A stretch of 64,000 bases of DNA from Octopus vulgaris (lineage: Eukaryota): assembly GCA_951406725.2 (NCBI GenBank), contig OX597814.1, positions 177,754,001 to 177,818,000 on the forward strand, given 5' to 3'. Below, one piece after another: positions 28,445 through 41,310 of this stretch. Under the pieces are notes generated by a model. That model was not told the DNA's origin. It did not search any database and saw only the letters and a list, made by a program, of their open reading frames with translations. Position 1 is the first letter of the stretch. Each line of letters opens with the position of its first letter. The translations under genes were made by a program, and so were the position numbers.

Positions 28445-29923
28445 AAACCCCTTTAAAATACCAGCGTGCAACTTGTAGATTTGATTGATATTTCCAGCCA
28501 GTTCAACAACTACCTTCAGCGTTCATCATTCGTATTCCAATGGGATGTGAAGATGATAGATTTTAATGAGACTTTTCTCTCTTGCATGTATCAGTTCTCT
28601 ATGTCTCTAGTATGTTGAGTAACGTTTATCGCTTTGTAATTTAAGTGGGCACCTAGAGGTCGATCTACCTCCTCGACTTTAAGTCGCCAGCAACCGTAAA
28701 TATCAGACCCCATCTTCAATATCTCCTGAAACTCAGAATACGTTTGATATGGATTTTTATGTGTGTTATTTATGAGTGTTTCCCTAAGCATTATTCCATT
28801 TGATTGAATTTAAAAGCTCCCCATGAGAGATAGAAACATCAGATATTGCATTACCATGAACCGTTTATAAAAAGGAAAACGTTACAAAAAGTATATAGCA
28901 TGACACACAAATTGTGCTTATACACATAAAATTCGACAACTTTTAGCTTTAGCAAAAACGTTTCCCTATTGCAAAATCTCTGGTACGAGAGAAACGACAT
29001 TACTTAGAGGATATGTATAAATGTATATATGCATGCAAACAAATATAAAAAAATGCATACATACATATATTATACACACATTAATTTGAGTGTACACATA
29101 TGATTATACACAGTAGAATGCATGTATATATATAAATATAAATAAATATATATATACATATTTACATACATACACATACATATACATACATATTGTCATA
29201 TAAAGAGCACTTAGTTTTTACATAGTCTTACTATCTATAATATAAGTATTGTCTATATGTTTTCTCCTACTTTATATATTATCTGTTATCTTGAAAATTT
29301 TGCATGTAAGAATACATATACCAAAGCATTGTTTCATAAATTTTAAAGGGAGATCCAAGTGCATAAAATTTCAAGGGAAAAACAAAAAGTAAATGACGAA
29401 AATAACATCTAAAAATACTAAAAAATTATACCGAAATGTAAACAATTGTGAAATGACTTTTAAATGTCCATGAAAGGAATCAAAAATTTGCGAGAAAATA
29501 TATTTTAAAAGTATTTTGATCTTCTACCCATGCTATGTACGCGAATATTATTTCGAATATACATTTAAAATTTTAATTACTATAACCACATTGTCATGGC
29601 CAAAACATCATTCTACTGGTGAATTGATAAGAAAATGAAGTGCATAAAGTTTAAAGGGAATGACAATAAAAATGTGGTCGGAGTGAATAAGAGCTGGGGA
29701 GAGGGTAAAAGAAAGCGAGTGAGAGAAACATATATAGAAAGAGAGATCGAGAGAGTAAAGCTGAGATAGAGACAAAGATAAAGAAAACGGTCATAAGGAA
29801 AGACAGTGTTAAATATTGGTCAACATTTAGTTTTGGTTTATCCCTTCAAAATATATTAAAACTGGCATTGTTAAGGTTTTGATTGACTGAAGATGATATT
29901 AAGATATAATCATAAATTAAACC

Positions 29924-30325
29924 AGGCGCGGCTGAGTGCTAAGAAGCTTGCTTCCCAACCGCATGTCTCCGGGTTCAGTCCCACTCCTTGGTACCTTGGG
30001 CAAGTGTCTTCTACTATAACCTCGGACCGACCAAGGCCTTGTGAGTGGATTTGGTAGACGAAAACTGAAAGGAACCCCCCGTATGTATGTATATATATAT
30101 TTTTTTTTTTATATGTGTGTGTGACTGTGTTTGTAACTCCTTCACCGCTCATTGTGTACTTACGTCCCCGTAACATAGCTGTTCGGCAAAATAGGCCAAT
30201 AGAATAAGTACTAGGCTTTAAAAAATATGACCTAGGCTCGATTTGTTCCACTAAAATTCCTTCAAGGCGGTGTTCCAGCATTGCTGCAGTCAAATGACTG
30301 GATGGAATTAAAGAATGAAAGAATA
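29924..30325 (+). mobile_element. tRNA-derived SINE (major family)
   Basis: Collinear with 43586-43990. Confidence 0.85.
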
Positions 30326-30526
30326 TATATATATATATATTAAGAATATATATATATATATATATTCAATTTATCGTGCTTCGATAAGAAAATAATCCAC
30401 AAACTTCCGTCGTAATAAACCACTATTGACCCGGAAATGTATTTTTTACATTTACTAAAGATTGCTTGAAACTAAATTTCTTCCTACACCTCGATTCTGG
30501 TTCTTACATTTATAAATATATATATA

Positions 30527-30563
<37 letters not shown>

Positions 30564-30779
30564 ATATATATGGATACAGACACACACACGCGCTTACACA
30601 TACTCAAACACACACACCCATATATATATATATATATATATTGTATGTAGTGTCCTCCTTTGATCGGATCACCAAGGAAGTTTAAGAAATATTCAGGGAG
30701 AGACAAACATCACTCAATGTGTACAGGCAAGAGTTATAACTGAGCTACTTCAAGTTTCACGCTCAGATATTTTAGTCAT

Positions 30780-31260
30780 TGTTTACGACACGAAGATTTA
30801 AAAAGCAATAAAGTATTAATAGGAATCGTTAAGAAAAGATTTAAAGGACAGGGTAATAAAGGACATGACCCATTAACTCATTAACTATAAAATATTCTTA
30901 AAGTTCATCGTTTACTTCTAAAACCATCCAGGATTAGTGAGGTAGGCGATTTGTGAAAAGAGTTAAGTTCATTAAGCCAGGCATCTGATCCGGTGAGTGG
31001 TAGTTTTCTGGTTCGCAATGTTGTACTACATGTATGCATCTACCATGCATCTTGGACAAAATTCTATTCTTGAGTTTAAGAGTTTAGTGCAGTTCTTCGA
31101 TCCAAGAATGATGTGCGTTCTTTTAGTTATAAAGAAACTGCACACTTCTGACCCTTTTCTGTGATGCTCCACTTGATGGCGTGTGGTTTTCCGTTATCAT
31201 TTAGGTTCCAGATATGACTTGATAGCTGTGTACTTTGGAGAATATTATAACCAGTATCAA
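30780..31260 (-). pseudogene. Decayed PLE GIY-YIG endonuclease C-terminus, related to the 36-kb element
   Basis: STQLSSHIWNLNDNGKPHAIKWSI aligns to STSLSKRIWELKDKCIGFKLRWSI. Downstream LLNSRIEFCPRC aligns to LINKRSEFKPSC. Confidence 0.7.
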
Positions 31261-32051
31261 AATTCTTAATAATATAATAACTAGAAGTATTTCGAAATTC
31301 TGAAGTAAACATATTTTTGACACATTAGTCCTTACTAAAACCATACACAAATTGGAGTAAATTTGAAAGGGATGATCTCGAGTGTATACAAAACTCCAGA
31401 CCCTCGGATAAAGAAAAGGTGATTAAATATATCATTTGGTTATTATCAGCAGACTCAATTGTCGTTAAATCTAAATAGCAGATATTTTCATCTAATTTAT
31501 AAGCTCTTATCTGAAAATATAGAAAACTGTTTAACATACATGAATAAAAGATGTATGTTTGCAGCTAATATGAAAACTGTTATACACTGTACATCTAACA
31601 TTTCTACTTATGAGATTCATTTGGAGACATTAATATATTATTGATAGATTGGTCCTGTGATTCACGAACCATATAGAAGGAATCAGTTAAGTTTCCATAT
31701 AATTAAAAAGAAAGACTGTATTAACAGAACCAAAGAAAAGTCACGAAAAGTTAGGATAATCGTAATTTTTCATTCAAAAACTCAAAAATGCGAGATGCAA
31801 AAATTGCGTTTTTAGATTTATAAACTAGAGTAACAACGTAAAGACTGAAAAAAAACCCCACAAAAAATGAACAAACAAAAAAGAACAAGATATTGAAAAT
31901 TCAGAGTAACGGATATAAAATATGCACTACAGTAAAATTACTGATCCTCGAAAAAATGAAAACAGCCAGAGATATGTTCAAACATTAGGTCTAAAGATTT
32001 CTGAAGGCATGCAAATAAAGTCATTCTACGAAATTGGGTCGTTACCTCGAG

Positions 32052-32095
<44 letters not shown>

Positions 32096-32859
32096 TACAT
32101 AGATGCAGAAATACGACTATATTTATGAATATGTATTTGGTCATTTTATGTACACACGTTTATACATAATGTGTATGTATACGGAATGTTATACGTACAT
32201 TCACACACATACATATATAACTATATATACATAAAGATAAGCGCATACATTTGTGTCTCTACGTCTGTGTGCGTGTGTGTGTATACGTAAACATGTACAG
32301 AAGCATACAGCCAAACACACATATAACTATGAATGTAAGTGTATATGGTGTAAGAAATGTCTGTAAGCTTTTTCTATGTCTCAGGCTTAAATTGCTACTT
32401 ATGAGTAAATTTTTGCTAATAATAACTCGAATAGTATAGTACTTATAAGGTACTTAAGAAACATATGTAAGTATTGAAGCCTAATACATTGAAAAATGAT
32501 ATACGAATGCCTAAAGAAAAACAACAGAAAATGTGCAACTTAGAATGCAAAGAAATGAAGGAAAAAAATATCTACAAAATAGCGATTGGCTCTTAATAAG
32601 ATATAAGGAGAGAATCGATCTATTCAACAATTCGATTCATATAAAAAAAAAATCTTTTTGAAACCCACAACAGCATTGATTAGAAGTCTGTAATATAATA
32701 GTAATAGAAAACAATTAGAAAAATCTTTACTGCTAATAACCGAACGGAGCATGAACTGAATAAGGAAAAACAAAATAACAAAAAAAGATAAAATATGCAA
32801 CAATAATAACAGACAAATCACATCCACAACAACATTAAGAACAACAAATATTAACACTG

Positions 32860-32886
32860 ATGATGATGAAAATAAAAATAATAATG

Positions 32887-32951
<65 letters not shown>

Positions 32952-32965
32952 TACAACAACAACAG
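32860..32965. repeat. (AAT)n microsatellite
   Basis: Visible tandem array. Confidence 0.95.
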
Positions 32966-33376
32966 CAGTTTTGCTAAAAGCAACAACACTAACGCTAGAA
33001 CAACTATTCCAATCAGCCAATTTTAAAGTTACAGACGCTGTGTGCAAAGCTGCGAATGATTGGATATTTAGGTTGAGTGTTATTGATTTATTTGTGGCAA
33101 GAACGTTGAGCATATTAACACTAATCCATTCCTATAATTATAAGTAGTTAAGATCACATACCGTGTCCTAAATCTCGGATTATCAGAAAAGTTGATTCAT
33201 GTTACAGTCCTAAGAACGTTCGCAACCTGTCCGTTAAGATGGGAAGGATAGAAGGGAAGGATAGGGGGAGGCGAAAGGAAAAATTTTAAAACCAAAGGTC
33301 AACAGAGAAGCTGAAAAATCCCTGTCGTAGACTTTTGCGAACGTTGTATATATGTGTACACATACATATATGAATG

Positions 33377-33414
<38 letters not shown>

Positions 33415-35162
33415 TATAAAACCAGCTGATAGAAGTCAATACACATATGCCTTAGAGTAAAGTGTCAAGTGAGTGCAAAGCATGTCAATGAATGAATAAA
33501 GAACAGAAAATGTTATCACTTTCATTAACTTACAGCTAACCAATAAAAGTGAATGCAGGAATTTCAATAGGTCGGTCCACAATATTTCTTAGTATAGAAA
33601 CAACTCTAAGCTCATGAATGTGATTAAATAACTTGTATCATTTTGTCATTATTAATTGATACGCATATATATACAAATACACACACATGGGGAAACATTA
33701 GCCCTGCAAGACAACGAAACAATTGTCAATAATCGTCGTGCACATTGCTATAAACTATACGTGTTATGATCATAATAGTGGACGCAATAGATTGCCATTA
33801 AGAGGACGAGAACCAATTTGCCAGCGGCTGGCCCTCCGGTATTTTATACAATTTGTAATATGCCGATACCAACGCGAAGCTTCTATGTATTTCACTATCC
33901 AAAATAGAATCGTTAGATATTTGCTTCTCTCTGGAATAATTTACATTTAATTAAAATACAGAAATTTTGGAAGTAAGTTTGATTGGGATTAATTATGCTA
34001 ATACCTGTATCATAACGAGTGGTAACTTAATTATTGCAATAAAATTATTCTCTTCTGTGATGCGATAATATGACACAATCAATGGATGGCGAATTGTAGA
34101 GGCTGGCAAAATAATTTTTCCAGTAAGGAATAATTCTACAGAGGATAAAGATATATTTCACTTCTACCCAACAAAGCGTCATCGTTAAAACGGATAGACT
34201 TCTTAGACTTGTCTATACCAACAATTATATCTGTTGAAGGATATTACTTATATATTTAGTCATACAAATAAAACTTATATGTTTTTTATAAAGATACACT
34301 TTTAGAAATAAGATATATATTTTGTGTTATTCTGTAACGGATCATATGTAAAATCCTTTCTAACATGAGGAAAAACAATTCACATTTTGGCGAAGAAATG
34401 GTGTCCGATTCTAAAGTATTGTAGCCAAATAATGTAAAAATATTTCTTTCGCTGTTCTACGGATTCTACTAAAACTTGGGTAAGTTTATAGCAATTAAAT
34501 AATCTGCATAGAGTTCCCAACTGGTACTTTTTTTTATTGACGTCAAGTAGGTGAAAAGTAAATTCGACCCTGGTCGTTTTAATATACAAAAGTTAAAGGT
34601 ACATTTTTTTTCTATTGGGTTGCCTGGCTTCAATTCCAGTCTGATGCACTGTTAGCGTATATATAACTGAAAACTTCAGAATAGCTCATAGTACTCAAAT
34701 TTCCGTGAAGCAGCGCCTAGTAAAATATGGCACAAAATCGATTGTGATCGAGCACGTTTAAAAATAAATTACTTTCCAAAGTATATTATTATTTTTATTG
34801 TATCTGTAGAAAGCGTTATAGAATTATTATGGTGTTTAAATAGAAAATTTTCCAATCTCGTTTGATATGACTTCTTTTAACGAAGTTATGAAAAGATAAG
34901 TAATCAGGCCAGTACCTGATATTATAGTCATGGAATTCTGAATACATTTAACTCTCAAATATTTATGCGACTCCTGTTAAATCATTATGCGGCAATAGTT
35001 ATTGCTCTAACAGCATGGTTTTCTGTCTGACGAGGATTAACTGTTTGAATATATTCGGACTGACATATGTATACAAGTATACACATATATGCATACAAGA
35101 ACATAGAAATACATAAATATATCTATGTACATACACACTAAGATATATAATCTTAGACAAAA

Positions 35163-35202
<40 letters not shown>

Positions 35203-35209
35203 TATATAA

Positions 35210-36034
35210 AAAAATAAAAACATGAGGCGAAGGATTCAGCGGTACATATGTTTCGGGCCTTTATTAGACAGATTTATAACAAAGCATAATGTATGTCTGT
35301 GGCCTTCTTCAGCCGCGCACAACAGCTTCCACAAGGACATGTGTTACATCAAAAATTCTTGGTTGGGGATGCAAATCCTCTCGTTCACGTACGACATAAT
35401 GCGGCAGCAGCATAGAATTGAAGCGTCCATCTCTTTCTTCTCTCAATGTAGAATGAGGAAACTTGGATTTTGAGGTAATGTAAATAAATAAATACGTATA
35501 TAGAGGTGAAGATGGAGGGGCGAGAGTTCGGGACGAGGGATAAAAAATATACGTATAGAATAATATAAAAATGTAGAGGATAAAGATATAAAGAGTTGTA
35601 AGGAGATGTAAAGGGGGTATAAAGAAATATAAAGAAATATAAATAAATGTAAAGGCATAAGGTTGTAAAGTAAAAATAGAAATGGAAATAATAGTAAAAA
35701 GAAGTGAAAGAACCTGATAAAAACATGATAAAAGTGTAAAAGAATGTAAAGATAAGGGATGTATAGAGGTCGCGGACCAATCAGGAGATTGATAAAACTT
35801 AGTTGTAGAACTGTCAGTAAATTAACAGTTTCGTCGTAAAGCAGAGCTGATGAGAATTTAATCTGGTTCCTTGAATTAAATGGACTTCCAGTACATACAT
35901 ATCATCATGGGTACATACACCCACATACACGCGTACATATACGTCTTAAGCCTATAAGCATACACACGCACTCACGTGTAAACACGTACATAAACACACA
36001 CGCACCCACCGCGCACACACACATACATACAACA
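35210..36034 (-). repeat. Inverted pseudo-LTR (left arm)
   Basis: Reverse complement of 38421-39251 with few substitutions and small indels; mirrored ORFs 35222+/38988- and 35385-/38692+ in the track. Confidence 0.95.
35239..35316 (-). ncRNA. Type I hammerhead ribozyme (copy in inverted pLTR)
   Basis: Reverse complement of the motif at 39145-39222, identical by eye. Confidence 0.8.
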
Positions 36035-37528
36035 TACCTGCTCAAGAAGCTTTTCTCCGAGGTACCGGATCTTCAGGGGGGTCTATACAGAGACGACGCT
36101 CTCTTCATATACCCCACCAACAATAGGAGTAAACTAGAAAGAATTAGGAAAAAGATCAGGCTTTTTTTCAAATCCTTCAATCTTAAACTAGAATTTATGA
36201 CCAATACTAAAATAGTTAACTTCTTAGATGTTACGTTAGATTTGAATAAGCACCTTCACTACCCGTATAGGAAACCAGAAGAAACTACCAAATACATCCA
36301 TACCTCTTCCAACCATCCACCCTGTATAATTAGCACCACAGTCCAAGCCATCTCAGACAGACTGACAAAACTATCCTCTAATAGAGAAATTTTCAATAAT
36401 CATGCACAACACTACAACCAGGCTCTCTATAGTGCCGGGTATAACCAGAGAATATCATATGTAGACCAACCGGGAGCGTCCGTCGACCATAAGACTCCCA
36501 ATTATAATCGAACTCAGCACTCAACTCACACTACCGATAAGTCTAATTCAAACTCCAAACAACGTATAGGAAATAGGCGAACTAATAGAACAGCACACAA
36601 TAGTAACCCTCCCGACGAGAGCAATATAGATCCTATTAGGAGAAATAGAAGGGATAATAGTAGATTTCGCAAATATATATGGTTCAACATACCTTTCAAC
36701 TTAGCAGTTAGGGGTAAGTTATGTAAGAGAATATTCTCTATAATTTCCAACAACTTCCCACCCACCCACAAATATAGAAGTATCTTCTCCAACAAAACTA
36801 TTAGGATTTCCTACTCTACCCTGCCCAACATGAGCTGCCTCTTAGCTAAACATAACTATATTAATATTAGAACAGCTAGATCAAGAGCAAACCATAGCGA
36901 CCAACAGAACCCCCCTCATCTAGACAGTAGGCAATATAACCAGACTGGCAGCCATACTACCCAAGCAGTTAGTAATAACACCCGCCAACACAACAGAGGA
37001 AATACTACACCCATCAACAACCAGGAGGATACCAACGCCCCCACTCGTATTGCAACACCTCCGCCTGGGATTAGCAGCACACGACCGAATAATGCAATGC
37101 AATGCAACTGCAGATGTGCATCAGAGTGCCCGCTGCAGGGCGCATGCAGCGCGAAAAACGTAATATACTCATGTGAGGTGAGTACTCAGTTTAACACACT
37201 CACCTATATTGGTTGCTCAACCTCCTGGAAATCCAGATACTACAACCACCGGTCCTCGCTGAGACATAGACATAAGGCTAACAGCACCTCCCTCTCTAAA
37301 AGAATTTGGGAATTAAAAGACAAATGCATAGGCTTCAAACTCAGATGGTCCATCATCGGATCAGCTGCACCTTATTTAAATAATAGAGCAGGATGCCAAC
37401 TATGCTGTGTAGAACTCCTGAACATCTTGAAATTCAAAGACAAACACAATCTTATTAACAAAAGGTCAGAGTTCAAACCATCCTGTATACATAAACTTAT
37501 TAATACTTTCAAATACTACAATGCTTAG
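36035..37528 (+). CDS. PLE polyprotein, C-terminal half: RT (YRDD, FLD, thumb), CxCx5C linker, GIY-YIG endonuclease; 5'-truncated with no native start
   Basis: The frame is open from the inversion junction at 36035 (YLLKKLFSEVPDLQGGLYRDDALF; YRDD at 36086-36097). It continues through NFLDVTLD, YRKP..YIH..SNHP, CNCRCASECPLQGAC, VIY..YIG..R..NH, RW.I, CQLC..E and LINKRSE..C.H to the stop at 37528. Confidence 0.9.
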   Translation, partial: YLLKKLFSEVPDLQGGLYRDDALFIYPTNNRSKLERIRKKIRLFFKSFNLKLEFMTNTKIVNFLDVTLDLNKHLHYPYRKPEETTKYIHTSSNHPPCIISTTVQAISDRLTKLSSNREIFNNHAQHYNQALYSAGYNQRISYVDQPGASVDHKTPNYNRTQHSTHTTDKSNSNSKQRIGNRRTNRTAHNSNPPDESNIDPIRRNRRDNSRFRKYIWFNIPFNLAVRGKLCKRIFSIISNNFPPTHKYRSIFSNKTIRISYSTLPNMSCLLAKHNYINIRTARSRANHSDQQNPPHLDSRQYNQTGSHTTQAVSNNTRQHNRGNTTPINNQEDTNAPTRIATPPPGISSTRPNNAMQCNCRCASECPLQGACSAKNVIYSCEVSTQFNTLTYIGCSTSWKSRYYNHRSSLRHRHKANSTSLSKRIWELKDKCIGFKLRWSIIGSAAPYLNNRAGCQLCCVELLNILKFKDKHNLINKRSEFKPSCIHKLINTFKYYNA

Positions 37529-38420
37529 GTCTTATACCAACTCCCCCATGCTATTTCCTCCCACCCGGTGCAACCTGTCGGCTCCAGCACATCCCGCTTT
37601 CCTATATGTGCGTGTGTATGTGTGTGTGTGTGTGTGCGTGTGTATGTGCACATACGTGTACGTATGTGTACATATACATATATATATATATGTGTGCCAC
37701 CTCCATCTCATGTTAAACTTTACAAAATTATATTTTTACCTTATTTTTTCATCTTATTTTATTTTTATTTTTATTTTTATTTTTATTTTTACTTTTATCC
37801 TACTTCCATTTATTTTTATTTATATTTATTTTTATTTTTAATTTTATTTTTACTTTTATTCTACTTCCATTTACTCTCATTTTCATTTTCATCCCTTACC
37901 TTAACTCTTATAACCCTTATAATTCTTATATTTCATTTCTAACTATTACATTGTATTTCTTATTTTATACTGTATTTTTTATTTCTAATCTTTACCCTTA
38001 CCCTCATTCTTACCCCTAATTTATCGCTTTACACCTCTACATATGTTTATTTACTTACCTATGGATCCGCCTTTTGAGTATGCGAGCGTCCGCGTACGTG
38101 TGTATGCGCATACATACATATGCACGCGCGTATATGTACATGCATACTTCGATATCTTATGGCTATACCCATGTGCGCGTGTGTCTCTGTGTGTGTATGT
38201 GAGTGTATATGTGCACGCACATACGGACACACAGCCGTGTGTGCGTGCGCGTATTAACATGAGTACGGGATTCTTTACATACGTTCTTATACACATCCTT
38301 TAATATCTTATACCTAGACCTAGAGGCGTGGGCATATACGTGTGTGTATGTAGTGAGGGGCGCGCGTATATACATGTGAGCGTGTACGCGCGTAATGTCC
38401 GTCTATATATGCGGATATTC

Positions 38421-39251
38421 TGTTGTATGTATGTGTGTGTGCGCGCGTGCGTGTGGGTGCGTGTGTGTTTATGTACGTGTTTACACGTGAGTGCGTGTGT
38501 ATGCTTATAGGCTTGGAGACGTATATGTACGCGTGTATGTGGGTGTATGTACCCATGATGATATGTATGTACTGGAAGTCCATTTAATTCAAGGAACCAG
38601 ATTAAATTCTCATCAGCTCTGATTTACGACGAAACTGTTAATTTACTGACAGTTCTACAACTAAGTTTTATCAATCTCCTGACCACCATGCTTGGTCCGT
38701 AACCTCTATACATCCCTTATCTTTACATTCTTTTACACTTTTATCATGTTTTTATCAGGTTCTTTTACTTCTTTTACTATTATTTCCATTTCTATTTTTA
38801 CTTTACAACCTTATGCCTTTACATTTATTTATATTTCTTTATACCCCCTTTACATCTCCTTACAACTCTTTATATCTTTATCCTCTACATTTTTATATTA
38901 TTCTATACGCATATTTTTTATCCCTCGTCCCGAACTCTCGCCCCTCCATCTTCACCTCTATATACGTATTTATTTATTTACATTACCTCAACATCCAAGT
39001 TTCCTCATTCTACATTGAGAGAAGAAAGAGATGGACGCTTCAATTCTATGCTGCTGCCGCATTATGTCGTACGTGAACGAGAGGATTTGCATCCCCAACC
39101 AAGAATTTTTGATGTAACACATGTCCTTGTGGAAGCTGTTGTGCGCGGCTGAAGAAGGCCACAGACATACATTATGCTTTGTTATAAATCTGTCTAATAA
39201 AGGCCCGAAACATATGTACCGCTGAATCCTTCGCCTCATGTTTTTATTTTT
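38421..39251 (+). repeat. 3' pseudo-LTR (right arm)
   Basis: Partner of 35210-36034; followed by a unique tail and (TA)n. Confidence 0.95.
39145..39222 (+). ncRNA. Type I hammerhead ribozyme
   Basis: Stem I GCGG (39145-48) / CCGC (39219-22); CTGAAGA (39149-55); stem II (A)GGCC...GGCC(C) with a 40-nt insert; GAAA (39207-10); palindromic stem III CATATG; GUA site with predicted cleavage after 39218. Confidence 0.85.
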
Positions 39252-39330
39252 ATTTTGATCAATTTACTCCACCACCTACACCACCAAACGGTATACACAG
39301 GTGCTTATAATTATCAAGTACTCACCCCGA

Positions 39331-39364
<34 letters not shown>

Positions 39365-39367
<3 letters not shown>

Positions 39368-40255
39368 TTAGTTTGGAGGGATATATTTTATATATATACT
39401 TACATACATATAGGGAAGACTATTGCCGGCGTAAGTTTTATATATAATAAAGGTAGGAGCATTTTGGTTAGGTCATAATTTATCGGTAATTTCCTAACTG
39501 ATTAGCATAATTAAAATAAATGAATCGCTTTTCAAAGCCGAAAAAGTAGATTGATTAAACTAGGAGGCAAAATATTTCTATTTTCGCAAGTAATAATAGG
39601 AAAAAACAAGACAACTTTTATGGTTTTGAAAGGCCCCTCATTTATTTTAGTTATGCTAATCGATTAGAAAATTACCGATAAATAATTTATAGTTAATTTA
39701 AGTTCTGTAACACCCGTTTTTTTTTTACTCTTTACTTTATAACCTAAGCAAAATACTCCTTCAGTTATTATATAGTAAACTTACAACCTTTACCCTCCTA
39801 GGTTGACATGAACCACTAATTATTATAACAACTCTAATTTTATAACCAACATTTTCAGTCAGTCGAAAGGTTTTCAACATCAATTGGTATGTCCTTGTTT
39901 TCTATTTCTTTTCTTTCTTTTTCTTTTCTTTTTATTTATTTTCTCGCTCTGATGTAGTTCCGCTATTCAAGTTGGTATCGTTATTTACAAGGATAATTAA
40001 TATTATTGTAATAAGTAAGCCTGATTATGCCCAAAATGACGCTAACAGAAACAGCTGTAAGATGACATTGTCGTTTTATAATCAATAAATAATAATTTAT
40101 GTATATGGATTATGAGTTTTTCTCCATTTTCTTATTTTTCCTTGAATATAGATAAACGATCACATATAGGTGATACACCAGTAATACGTTGGATACAAAT
40201 ATCACTTTCACAGTTTTTATAACGTCTAATTGAAATCACCTTCATACATACGTAG
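39365..40255 (+). mobile_element. Old PLE-type remnant with 5' inversion and decayed hammerhead
   Basis: Diverged inverted arms ~39431-39553 and ~39612-39784. CTGATGT (39949) ... GAAA-CAGCTG-TA (40048-40059). Confidence 0.5.
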
Positions 40256-40257
40256 AA

Positions 40258-40299
40258 GTATATATATATATATATATATACATATATAAACACTCATAA

Positions 40300-40389
<90 letters not shown>

Positions 40390-40435
40390 TCATAGGTATA
40401 CATATATATAAACTCATAGATATACATATATATAG

Positions 40436-40485
<50 letters not shown>

Positions 40486-40730
40486 TCATAGATATACATA
40501 TATATAACTATATATATATATAGTTATACATATAAACTCATAGATATACATATATATAACTATATATATATATATATAGTTATATATATAAACTCATAGA
40601 TATACATATATAGCTATATATATATAAAATCATAGATATACATATATTTAACTATATATATATATGTATGTGTCTGTGTATATATATATACACTCCTAGA
40701 TATACACATATATAACTACATATACACAAG
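40258..40730. repeat. Compound minisatellite: ACTCATAGATATACA units separated by variable (TA)n
   Basis: About eight to nine recurrences of actcata(g/a)atataca are visible. Confidence 0.85.
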
Positions 40731-41310
40731 CTACATAATAGCATACATATGCCTATGTATATAAGCATTTCTCTCTCTTTCTTCAATTTATACACTCAAA
40801 GAATACACAGATCCACACACACACACACAAACATATGTATAAGGTATTGTGAAGTGGATGTAAGTTATCAGTTGAATGCGTATGTAAGTTAAGCCGAATG
40901 AAATACACCGGAAAATTGTGAAAATTATAATCAACAGACTTTTAAGCAATTTCGTCCGGGAAACAGAGTGCTTAGTGCGTCATTAATTTTGAGTGTTCAT
41001 GTGCATACATTCATGCATATATACATACACATCTATACATATATACATATACATATGTATACATACATATATATACATACACATATACATACACATATAC
41101 ATGTATACATACACATATACATATTTGCATACACATATACATATATACATACACATATACATATATACATACATATATATATATATACATATACACATAT
41201 ACATATATACATACATATATATATATACATATATACATATACACATATACATACACTTATATACATATACATATATACATACACATATATATATATATAC
41301 ATATATATAC

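Larger units (their letters stand above)
35208..39335 (+). mobile_element. Young 5'-truncated Penelope-like retroelement with inverted 5' pseudo-LTR, inserted in (TA)n
   Basis: Uninterrupted RT-GIY-YIG reading frame. ~830-bp inverted repeats at 35210-36034 and 38421-39251. Unique ~85-bp 3' tail (39252-39335). Hammerheads in both arms; (TA)n flanks. Confidence 0.92.

Noticed and set aside
35222-35473. Near-identical ORF pairs 35222+/38988- and 56562+/56930- suggesting duplicated small genes
   Set aside because: They are by-products of the inverted repeats and lie antisense to the hammerhead motifs; no recognisable protein features.
35826-35885. CTGATGAG followed by a hairpin on the plus strand of the left pLTR, a possible plus-strand hammerhead
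   Set aside because: No GAAA follows the hairpin and no stem I/III closure was found; the better-supported fold is on the opposite strand.
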